Shown here piece by piece: positions 33,760 through 45,575 of a stretch of 64,000 nt of DNA. Location of the stretch: assembly GCA_043228905.1 (NCBI GenBank), contig JBHGNT010000131.1:7190-71189 (forward strand). The letters are read 5' to 3'. This DNA is from Azolla caroliniana (taxonomy: Eukaryota; Plantae; Polypodiophyta). The notes beneath the pieces are model-generated. The model did not search any database and was not told the origin of the DNA. It was given only the letters and a program-made list of their open reading frames with translations. Numbering within the stretch: position 1 is the stretch's first letter; every line of letters starts with the position of its first letter. The position numbers and the translations under genes are program-made.

Positions 33760-34249
33760 TGCATATAAGCGTCAAAATTTTCTTTCTAGCCTTTCAATGA
33801 GGATTGGGACTTGATTGATAATATGCTTTACATCATGATTATTCAATCAAAGGACATAATCGACAAGCCTAGTGTGGTTCATTGAAAGAGATGCCTCCTA
33901 GGTAATGCAAGTTGGTTTATTAAAGTTTGTGGACAACTATTAGTTAATATTTGCTACATGAACATCATTGTTTAGTTTCTCCTTTAGCTATTTAGTGTTT
34001 AGAAAGTATAATGATTGTGATGATTGGTATATGTTGGGAGGATCATTAAACAAAACAAGATCATCACAGAACTTATGGATACATGAACCTTGAATTGTGG
34101 TTTTAGGGTAATTGCAGATGTAAGTATTGATGAGCATTATTTATTCATTAATTGTTAAATCATGTAGAGTCTAGAAAGTAATGTGTTTGTGGAAAACCAA
34201 TTGGAGTTACCAGAATTCTAGCACACTAGTCATTTCATGTACGTAGACT

Positions 34250-34665
34250 TCAGAAATGTCTATGCATAAACAAACTTTAACTTCATGAATCTGACTTTTC
34301 TCATCCAGAACAGTGTTCACATTTTCACCAGAACTTTATTTGGTTCATTCCATCCAATCTCCCTCCAGCATACATATTTGACAACACTATAGGCAGGTTG
34401 AAAATAAGGTCTTCTGCTTCAACTAACTTTCCAAATTGTCTGAAAAGATCAATCCCTTGTTTGTTGCTGCTATATCCTCCAACCTTAAAGCATTCCAAGA
34501 GACTACAATCCTCTCACACATATCTTCAAATGTTGATCGAGCTTCTTCCAAAGCACCACATTTGCGATACATATCGACGAGTGAAGCACTGACCATGACA
34601 TCTTTTCCAATCTCATCCCGAACCACATGTTCATGAAGAAGCTTCGACCCCCACACCATCTTCAC
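34250..34665 (-). pseudogene. PLS-class PPR gene fragment
   Basis: KDVMVSASLVDMYRKCGALEEARSTFEDMCERIVVSWNAL, disrupted by frameshifts. Confidence 0.8.
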
Positions 34666-35079
34666 TCATGCTTATCACAAAAAATTCTTCATTTAGTCCA
34701 CATCAACCATCTCACCGATTAGCACCAAGTTCATGTACAAATAACAATGAAATGAATCTAGACTATTTCCTCCTCCCCTCCCGATTTGCTTCGGTTCCCA
34801 AACCATCATCACTCATCGTAATGAGAAACCTAAAATCTTCTTCATTCAGTTCACATCAACATCTTGATCTCGCCGACCATCTTGGCATCTCGCCGATGCC
34901 CACCAACATCCTGTACTGACAACAAAAAATGAGTCTAAAAGTTTCCTCACCTACTCATGATAGTTGGCTTCGACTCGCCCACAATCTTCACTCATCCTTA
35001 TCACAGAATTTTTTTTCTTCATTCAGAATTAGTTTTGGTCTTGCCTAAAGCACATTTGAAAACCAAAAGAAGTATTGGT

Positions 35080-36170
35080 TTCATAATTGCAGACTATTGT
35101 TGCTTGGAATGCTCCCATTACAGGATGTATTCAATGTGACCAAGCTTATGATGCCATAAAATGGATTATTTTATTCTACCTTATGTGTCTTTGCTCAAGG
35201 CTTGTCATATGTTGCAAGATCTTAAGACAGAATATAGTCTCATGGACAACACTAATTACAAGTTATGCTGAAAATTAGTGTGGGGAGGATGCTCTTATAT
35301 GCCACTCATGTATACATTTAGAAGGTATATCTCTGAATGTCGTGGCCAATATTCGAACAATAGAAAGAGGACAATAAGTGCACAATAGTATCTGCAAACA
35401 AGGTTTGAAACATGATCTGGTAATCAGTAATATGCTCATTGATATGTATGCAAAATTTGGATTACTTGAAACTACTCAAGTAGGGTTTTTGACCATGTTC
35501 CAGCTCGATCAATAGTCTCTTGGAATGCATTGCCCACTCACTATATTGAATTTAACAATTGTGATAAGGTCTTTGCTATCCCCACAAACTTCTTCATTGC
35601 TTTGGGCATCAGATGGGACACTAGCTGATAATACTTTATTCTTGCAAGAATCGGAGATCCACAAAAGCATTGCCCTTATATATTAGAGTCAAATTAGCAT
35701 GCTTGGTTGTCAATGATATACCTTCAAATACAAGCATCATCAGATGGAAGAGAAGGATCACTATTTTGGCACTGTTGGAGGCCGGGGCTTTTGGTGAGGT
35801 GCATGAAGATGTATCAATCAACAAGGAATTTCAAGAACTTTAGGAATTGTTTACTGAAGGAAAAATTATTCCAAAGGAATTAGTATTTTTTCTCATAAAG
35901 AGATGCAAAAAAGAAGGAAATCTGGCTTGTGCTAAGCAATTACATAACCTTAGTATAAAAATGGTTTGTTAGCAGACATCACTATTGCAAATCAGATGAT
36001 AGACATAACCATACAATTGCAAGTGGTTATGACTTGAATGTCTTTGTGAGCAATGCTCTTATAGACATGTATTGCAAGTGCAAAGACACTGACAATGCAA
36101 GGAGATTATGAAGGAACGTGAGATGCACGCTAAGATTGAAAGAACGGGCCTACTGGATGAAAGATTTTTC
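35080..36170 (+). pseudogene. Scrambled PLS-class PPR gene fragments
   Basis: NIVSWTTLITSYAEN, GLKHDLVISNMLIDMYAKFG and GYDLNVFVSNALIDMYCKC, interrupted by stops and deletions. Confidence 0.75.
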
Positions 36171-37601
36171 TTGGATATGCCAAACATGAATAAGATTGGC
36201 TAGAAAGATTATTTATCTTTACCTAGAAATATTGACTACAGTCATTCGACATGGCTATACAATATTCGTTGTAATATTGGATTATCTTGCATATTGTCCA
36301 CTTTAATTTTAATACCAATGGAGGATAGTTTTTTATGGAAAGTAATGTGTTTCTGCTAATATTTGTTGGGATGATCATTACATACAATTGCATTATCATG
36401 CACATTTGTGAATTCCTGAAGTTTGGATAGTGGTTTAAGGGTCACTATAGCCCCAAGTATGTGATGGGAATAACCATATGTTGCTATGGTAGCACATTTA
36501 TATGGTTTATGGGTTTATAAGAAATCTACTTAGATCCAAAGCGGGAATTTGGATGCAACTTTGTGTGGTGCAATTCAAGTAAAGTAGGCCTAGGAAAGGT
36601 AGGGCATGCTTATCATAATACAAGATATGAAAACTTGGAGGTTGGATAGTGGTTTATGTATAATCACATGTTAGTATACTAAGATATTTATGGTTTAGGG
36701 GTTGATCAGAAATCTATTTAGAATTAAAGAGTTGTATAAATGAAATGTAATAAGGTTTGCCCAAAGTAAAGTAGGGTTAGGAAAGGTACTTGCATGTGAG
36801 CAAGGTAAATTTTAGATGGTAGTGTGGAAACTTGGTGTCAAATCTTTGTATTGTCAAGTTACATCTAGATGGTTGTAGATTGCCATGTGTTGTGAACGTT
36901 TCATACTTGTGTATGTCCTTATAAGTGGTCTATTATTAGTCTACTCAAGAACTATTGGCACATTATATTGTTTATAGGTGTCACTCATGCATGAATGTGA
37001 GTTACACTAATTAAGACAATTTAATCTTACTATGATGAAATGTGGATTGATTCTTGAACACATTTAGAACTTTGTTTTTCAATTCATCTAGATAGTGTTT
37101 GTAACCCTAGTCATGGTGTGTGATGCCACTCTTTATTGATGTCATCTAGATAGGGAATGGCATGGGAATATTAAATTATGGGCAATCACAAATTACTAAT
37201 GTAAACTCTAGAGTTTTGCAAATGAAAAAGAAAGCTAAACTGTAGAAGTGTAACATATACTTGCATAGACAGAAATAGTGAACAATTTGTACCCATACCA
37301 TCTTATTGGAAAGTGTATTCTTCTCTATAGAATTAAACACACACATACATATTCTTGTATACCCCATTTCACATTCTATTTTTGATGTGAATCAAGGGTG
37401 ACGGGGCACATGGAAGGAGCCTTGCCATAGCATCATAATCATAAAATAGAGAACTCAAGTTTAATACTTGTGAAGGCCTAGGCCTGATCCTATATACATT
37501 GGGGATTATTTTTTGGTGAGCAAATCCTATCAAAATTTCTTTTTCTTATTATGATGGAGGCAAAAATTTGACATATGTCTATGAGCACTTATTATGTATG
37601 T

Positions 37602-38730
37602 TGTCATGGAGGATTTCGGCCACTAGGTGAACGGTTCGACGGATGCGTGGGAACAAGGGAGTGCACGTATGCACACGAAAGTGGTCGATGTACAAAAAAT
37701 TGTAAATAAAAGTACAAAGATATGATAACTTTAATTAGCACTTATGGGCCCACGAAAAGAGGGGAATAATGGTTAGGTGATGGAAGGAAATCAGGAGGGG
37801 AATCTCTGACAGACACCTGTCATAACAACTGATGTAATCGACCCTTCTTGGAACTATTAAAGGAGGGGAGGAGACTGTTAGGGGGATTGGTCGTTTTGGA
37901 GGGGAAGGTGTTGTCGATTTGGGAGTATTGATGAGTACTATAGGTCCCTGTTCTACTCAGTCGGATCGGTCATGTGAGGTCTTATGCTTGCGTGGGTAGC
38001 CTATGTGCTCCTGACTAGAGGCTCATGTCTGTGTGTTTGTCGAGCTCGAATCTCTACTAACTGGCCTAAGGCCAAGTTTATGTATTCTTTATTTGCTTTA
38101 ATCAATTCATTGTCTTCTGTATTTGGGTGTGTGCTGTGTACTGAAAGATCTTTGTTTGGGTCGTCTCCTTCCTCGTTTCATCTCATGCTTGTTGGCATGT
38201 ATCTACAAGCCCGTGTGCTCATCACTCGGAAGCTGGATCCAAGGCCGATTGGTCATTGCCGGCAAACACTCAGCCGACACCTATCATTAAGGTTCTTGGT
38301 CCAAGACCCTAGTGGTCTTGCCCAAGCCGACCCACAAGCCACAGATTTCCGTGATATCTTTGGTGAACCTGATGTGAAAAGGGTGGCAAGGGAGTTACTA
38401 TGAGGGGAGGCAAGCTTGCAGAAGCAATGGCGGCCGCTGTAGATCGCCTCATGAATGCTCAAGAAATGCCACAAGTTGCACGAACACACAAGACACGAAA
38501 GTTTGAATGCCTTTGTGAAAGGAGAGGTGCACGGGCAAGCCCGAAACGCTCCCTTGTCACAAGACACACAAACATATAAGCACAAATGACAATAACATAT
38601 AAGACACGTAAGTTTGAATGCCTTTGTGAGAGGAGAGGTGCATGGGCAAGCTCGAAACGCTCCCTTGTCACAAGACACACAAACAAATAAACACAAATGA
38701 CGATAACATTTAAGACACGTAGGTGAAACC
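37602..38730 (+). mobile_element. Truncated LTR retrotransposon: LTR 37602-38356, tRNA-Trp PBS, leader with tandem repeats
   Basis: Starts tgtcatggagg and ends ttccgtgata (degenerate CA). tggtgaacctgatgtgaa at 38361-38378 equals the complement of the plant tRNA-Trp 3' end (TGGTGAACCCGACGTGAA, from memory) with two CpG transitions. Confidence 0.7.
38490..38719. repeat. 111-bp tandem repeat, about 2 copies
   Basis: aagacacg recurs at 38490, 38601 and 38712. Confidence 0.9.
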
Positions 38731-39290
38731 AAACATTAGTTTATTGCAATATAATAGGTTCTTTTATAAAACAAGAATCAATTTTACAACGGGTTTGATA
38801 TGAATATGAGTGATAATTTATAAAGGAAGGGGGAAGAGAGGTGGAGGAAAGAAGAGAGTGGAATATAGAAGAAGGTGATTCTTTGTTGATGATGCCTCTT
38901 GATGTTGTTGATCCGTCTTCTTTTGCCTTCCAATTGAGTAGAGTTTCCGCGTTCCATCTCCCTCCCCCCTTTCTTCACTAGAATAGACTCTTATTTATAG
39001 GTTTAGGATTGCTTGCCTTTTTCCCCTAAAAAAAAGCTTGTCTATATGAGTCGGCTTTTCTTTATCTCACTATTTCACATGCAAGATATTCTTGGAAAGC
39101 TCTTTGGGTTAGCTTTGTTATGCATCTTTTCTTTTTTCTAATTTGGACATCTGATGAGGAAATTATTAGCTTTTTTCTCTGCTGTGCTCCTCATATCCAC
39201 GGGTGTTTCTTTTTTCCACCCCATCTTTTTCTCTACTTTTGTCTACTTTTGAAAACCGCCTCTAACTTAATATTCACCATTATTTATAGT

Positions 39291-42200
39291 TGTTGAGACT
39301 CGTGGATAGAAGATAGAGTGAGAGCGAAAGAGAGAGGGTGTGTGTGTGTGTGTGCGTGAGAGAGAGAGAGTGAGAGAGATAAGACTTGAAATAGAAATGA
39401 GATTATATTATGATGAAACAAGATTACAATGAGTAGGCTAAGGGCTAAAAACTGGTGTTGAACCGAATGAGTTGAAACGAATGTATAGACAGTTATTTAT
39501 AGGTCCTTGTGGAGTAATCTAGAATGTTCTAGAATATTTTAGATTTTATGATAAGAAATATAATCATGAAATATTAAAGGATGTTCTAGAATAATCTAGA
39601 ATAATCTAGAATGTTCTAGACTAATCTAGAATGTTCTAGAATATTCTAATATCTTGTAATAACTAGAAACATAATTATTATAATCACACATCATATATGT
39701 TATTACAATGGTTAAGGGTTCAACACATAGACCAAGAAGCCGTGGGTTTGATTCTTGATAACCAAAATGTTGTCTTCATGACATTATCTCCCCCTTTCGA
39801 CGACGAGTTCCACGAGTCGGAAGACAAGAGTTCAGACTTGGTTTATGGGGATATTTGTCGTGAAATGCAACAACCATGTTGGAGGCATTAGCAAGATGCT
39901 CAACAGGCTCCCATGTTCAATCATTAGGTGTATAACCTAACCAATCAACCAAATAATATAGTTTGTTGCGGATGATCTTGGAGTCGAGAATAGCAGCAAC
40001 CTCATATTCAGAGCCATTGGAAACTTCGATTGGAGGTGGGGGAGGTGTAAGACGACCCGGAATAGAGCTTGTTGTGTAGGGCTCCAAAAGTGAAACATGG
40101 AAGACCGGGTGAAGACAGATATGAGGAGGGAGATCAAGACGAAATGTCACATCATTGATCTTACCAGAGATCACATATGGGCCGAAACGTTGATAATCCA
40201 ATTTGTAACAAGGTCGAGTGGTTTTAATGCTACCTTGTAAGAGCCATACACGATCTCCTACTTGAAACGTAGTCGATGAATCACGCCGATGACGATCAAC
40301 AATCTTCTTTTGAGTGTTTTGGGCATCACATAAATGATGCAAAAGTATATCTTGAATTTCTTGGAGTCGAGTGAGCCGATCTTCAGCAACCGGGTTTTTT
40401 GGGAGTTCGGGATGTTCAAGCATCGTCCAACGAGGATGGTACCCAATGTTAGCAAAAAATGGGGAATAGCCAGTAGAAGAATGTTCGGAGTTGTTGTAAG
40501 CAAATTCCGCCAAATGTAATAAATCCACCCAATCATCTTGTTGATAGTTGACAAAACAACGTAGATATTGTTCGATTGTTTGGTTGGTGTGCTCACTCTG
40601 CCCATTAGTCTCTGGATGGTAGCCGGAAGAGAGTTTACAAGAAGTATGTAAGAGTTTGAACATGTGCCGCCAAAATTTCGAGATGAATTGGGGACCCCGA
40701 TCACTGATAATATCATCCGGAAGACCATGATGGCGAAACACCTCCCGCATGAGTAAATCGGCTGTCTCTTGACTAGTAATGGTCTTCGTGCATGGAAGGA
40801 AATGCGCCATCTTCGTAAAACGATCGACTACCGTGAGAATAGAATCCAATCCCTTGGAAGGTGGAAGATCCGTAATAAAGTCCAAGGAAATAGATTTCCA
40901 TGGGCTCTCCAGAATAGGCATTGGCTGTAATAGGCCATATGGATGATGTCGAGGCTTTTTTGATCGGCAACATGTGTCACAACTACGAACATAATCCGTA
41001 ACAAAATGGCGAAGCTGTGGCCACCAATATTGGCGAGAAATCAACTCAAAAGTCTTGTGGATGCCGAAATGTCCAGCCATTGGCGTGTCATGACATTGTT
41101 GCACGACTTTGAGTCGAGAAGGACCGTCAGGCACATACAAGAGAGTTTGTCGAAAAAGCAAACCATCATGCCAATTGAACTGGGTGTAGTCTAGATGAGG
41201 ATCTTTAGATTGAGAGCTAGAAGCACGATCTGGGATAATATGACTCAAAACCTCTTGGGCAAATGCATATGTCGCAATCTGCTCCCAAATGGAATCAAGA
41301 AGCCTCGAATCTCCTGGTGTGTTGATAGTATGTATTGCCATTACTCGTAGACGATCAGGACCTAAGAGGATTTGCTTTTGACTTTCAAATGCGGCCTCTC
41401 CTGGTTGAAGTTCCATATACGAACATTGAGATAAAGCATCTGCTTTTCCTTGTTGCATCCCAGGGCGATATAGAATTACAAAATCAAAACAAGTTAAGAA
41501 CTGCGCCCAACGAGCTTGTCGACGATTCAAGACTTGAGCACTTTGGAAGTATGTTAGATTTTTGTGATCATTGAAGACAATAATCTGTTGAGAAGAACCC
41601 TCCAAAAAATGACGCCATTGTTGAAAAGAATCCACAATGGCAAGAAGCTCTTTGTTGTGAATCTCATAGTTGATTTCTGCGGCTTCAAATTTCTGTGAAT
41701 GAAAAGCCACAGGGTGCAGTTCACCATCTTCACCAATATGGGATAGTACGCTTCCAAGTGCGAAATCAAATGCATCAGCTTCAAGTTTAAAGCGCCTCAT
41801 TGGATCAACATGCATTAAAATTGGTGCAGATGTAAACACTTGCTTTAAACCCTCAAATGCAGAGTTTGCATCTATACCCCATACAAATGGTTGATTCTTG
41901 CGCGTTAGTTGAGTGAGGGGGAATACAATCTTTGAATAATCTTTGATGAACTTGCGATAAAAGTTTGCGAACCCCAAAAAACATTGTACATCTCGCACAG
42001 ACTGTGGTGTTTGCCAATCCAAAATTGTTTGAACCTTTGATGGATCCATAGAGATGCCATTTGAAGAGATTATGTACCCCAAAAATTCCACTTGACACTG
42101 GTTGAAACTACACTTCTCCAATTTTGCATAGAGACCATACTCTCGTAACCGTTGCAAAACTTGGCGAACATGTATCTCATGCTCCTCTTGAGTTTTTGAG

Positions 42201-44702
42201 TAGATCAAGATATCATCCAAGTAAACTATGATGAAGATATCGAGGAAGTCTCGAAAAATGTCATTCGCCATATGTTGGAAACTGCTGGTGCATTCGTGAG
42301 ACCAAATGGCATCACTGTATATTCAAAATGACCATAGCGAGTGCGGAATGCGGTCTTCCATTCATCCCCAGGACGAATGCGAACAAGGTTGTAGGCACCT
42401 CGAAGATCTAACTTCGTGAAAAACTTTGCTCCACTGAGGCGTTCTAGAAGGCTTGAGATCAATGGTAGATCATATCGGTTTCTAATAGTTACTTTATTCA
42501 AGCCCCGATAATCCACGACCATACGAAGCGTACCATCTTTCTTCTTAACGAAAAAGATGGGTGCACCAGCAGGAGATCTTGAATGTTGGATAAAACCATT
42601 TGCCAGGTTCTCATCTATATATTCTTGAAGAACCTCTAACTCTGTGGGCGAAAGGTTATAAATTGGTCCCCATGGAGGCTCTTTTCCTGGCTGCAAATCA
42701 ATTGGGCAATCATAGGGTCAATGCTCTGGTAATCTATTAGCCTTCACCTTATCGAACACATCGGAGAATTCTATGTACTTCTTTGGTAATTGGACCCCCC
42801 AATTCTTGTGAGGTAGATGAGGGAGTTGCTAAAACCGCAAACACCATCATGTCTTCCTTCCTTCCATCCTCTCGTAACTGATGTATAGAGATTGTTGAAA
42901 TCATGTGGGATCCTAGATCCTTTGTTGGAGTTTCAAGAGACTCGGACTGTACTATGACCTCTTCAATAGTTCTTTTTCTCCAATCAATAGTTGGGTTATG
43001 TAACTCAAACCAAGGAAGACCAAGAACTAGAGAGTGCTCTGGACTACTAATGATGTTGAATGAGATGATACTAGCCAAATTACCTAGGACTACACGAATT
43101 GATTCAGACTCTTCGACTATATCACCTGATGCTATAGGGCGATCATCAATGACTCCTACAGCTACTGGGTTCGAGAGCTTGTTCAAGATGATGTTTTGGG
43201 TCAATGCAAACTCGCGATCCATGAAACAAGAATTGGCTCCAGAATCTAGGAGGGTAGAGGCTAGGACTCGATGACTTGTAGATGTGCTAAGCTTGACTTG
43301 TGCAGAAAAAACTCTACTAACTTGATTTGATGAAATGGAACCACAACTAGGTACAAACTCTACATATCTAGGATGGTCCAACCAAATGGCTCCTATTTTG
43401 GCCGGACTTATTCGTTTAACACATCCTCTAATTGGCTCAAGACATCAAATCTATTCTCATGGCATGGGTTATTAGGCTTAGTAGTTAAGTTATTAGAAGT
43501 GATAGTAGAACTCATGGTAGGGTTGTCATGTGCACTTGGTAAACTTGTCGTCTGGGTTTATGTGGACAATTCACATCAATATGTCCTGGACCACCACGGT
43601 AGAGGCATAGGCGATGCGCCCGACGTCGTTGTTTCTCAGCATCTGATAAAGGCCCTCGACGTTGTGTTGACTCTATTTCCATCGGAGTGGGACCATCCCT
43701 CGTAACGGGTCTGGGAACGTGTGGCGGTGTTGCGACTATTGAAGCATACGTCTGTTCTGGTTGACGGCGTAACATTTGTTGACGTTCAGAACGTCGCTCA
43801 TATAGGCGATTATCACATCGCATAGCTCGACTAATGGCCTCTGTAAGAGACTTTGGATCTTCGTGGAAAGTAAGAAGAAGATCTTTGACATCGTTATGCA
43901 AACCCTGACAAAATTGATCCATTAAGGCTGCCTCATCCCAAGGGATGTCACATGCCAAGAGATGGAAATCTGCTGCGTAGGCTGAAGCGGGACGATCTCC
44001 TTGTCGGAGTCTTCAAATCTTGTTTATTGCCGTTCTAGTGCTATCAGTGTCTCCAAAACTAGCTTGAAATTCTTTAACGAATGCCTCGAAATCCTCCAAC
44101 AATGGTGATTTCTTCTCTAGAAGTGGTGCAAACCATGCTAATGCGGTACCGCTTAGCAAGGTTCCTATTAATCCCACACAAGCAGCATCAGTTGGGTACC
44201 GATTGGGATGTAACTGAATCACCAAACGGACTTGATTCAGGAACCTACTCATTGTAATCTTGTTTCATCATAATATAATCTCATTTCTATTTTAAGTCTT
44301 ATCTCTCTCACGCACACACACACACCCTCTCTCTTTCGCTCTCACTCTCGCTCTCACTCTATCTTCTACCCACGAGTCTCAACAGTTTGAACTGAATGAG
44401 TTGAAACAAATGTATAGACAGTTATTTATAGGTCCTTGTGGAGTAATCTAGAATGTTCTAGAATATTTTAGATTTTATGATAAGAAATATAATCATGAAA
44501 TATTAAAGGATGTTCTAGAATAATCTAGAATATTCTAGAATAATCTAGAATGTTCTAGAATATTCTAATATCTTGTAATAACTAGAAACATAATTATTAC
44601 AATCACACATCATATATGTTATTACAATGGTTAAGGGTTTAACACATAGACCAAGAAGCCGTGGGTTCGATTCTTGATAACCAAAATGTTGTCTTCATGA
44701 CA
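39291..44702 (-). mobile_element. Tcn1-like Gypsy chromovirus, defective, with rearranged 5' LTR
   Basis: 3' LTR at 39291-39783, with the PPT complement at 39784-39799. The 5' LTR ends at 44702. TSD ATAGT at 39286-39290 and 44703-44707. Contains gag, PR (LLDSGA), RT (YLDD), RH, IN (GPY) and chromodomain. Confidence 0.95.
39790..44243 (-). pseudogene. Frameshifted gag-pol of the minus-strand chromovirus
   Basis: ORF pieces 44013-44252, 43512-43958, 42749-43381, 42226-42696 and 39917-42271 are collinear with the 54775-59508 copy. The gag N-terminus is deleted. Confidence 0.9.
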
Positions 44703-44942
44703 ATAGTAAGGTTCAATCCTTTGACCTTTTATTTATAAGGAATTATCTTTGGAAAATGAAAAAGTATTTTTGCTACCAATAAAGTTGACTTCACAATACT
44801 AGTTTATTTGAACTACTATTTTACTTCTTTTCGAGGATGGTTTCACACTATGTGTTAGAAACATCATGACAGCGGCAACAAACAACACAAAAAAAGCTGC
44901 AAGGAAAAAGACTAGGTTAGCAAATCTCACTTTCAAAAGAAT

Positions 44943-45570
44943 CATGGCATCAACATCCGGTACAGAAGTTGAGATCCAAAAATTCAACAGCAAAAACTTT
45001 GCCCTATGGAAGGAGATGTAGCACGTATTGATTATTCGAAGATAGGTCGAGGCCATTCGACACTCCAAAAAGCCTGCTTCAATGTCGGCTGATGAGTGGA
45101 GATGAATGGACGAAATCGCACGCTCCACAATTCGAATGCACCTATCCGAAAACGTCTACTTTAGCTTGGCAAAAGAGACGACAACGTTCTTATTATGGGA
45201 GAAGCTACAAGCCGTGTACGAGAAAAATTCCTCATCTTCAAAACTGATCTTGATCAAAGGACTGTTCAACATGAAGATGAGAGAGACTGGTTCGGACACC
45301 TCTCACATCAACACCTTCAGTCGGGTGTTGTCAGAACTCTCCTCGCAATGGATCAACTTCGAAGAAGAAGTGAAAGCCCTTGCCCTCCTATTGAGCTTGT
45401 CGGTGAGTTGGGAGGTATTTTGCACAACATACACCAATAACCGACCGATCCTAAATCTGGATGAGACGATCAGCCAAGTCCTCATCGAGGACATTCGGCA
45501 AAAATTGATGGGACTTACCGTTGATGAATTGGCAGAAGCTGACAAAACTGGTTGGAATACCATCCGATAA
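44943..45570 (+). mobile_element. Old copia gag fragment, probable host of the nested cluster
   Basis: MASTSGTEVEIQKFNSKNFALWK...ARSTIRMHLSENV..LWEKLQAVY. Interrupted at 45576. Confidence 0.75.
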
Positions 45571-45575
45571 AAAAC

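Noticed and set aside
38490-38719. Helitron 3' ends (gcacgggc motif)
   Set aside because: There is no hairpin plus CTRR terminus. It is better explained as retrotransposon leader repeats.
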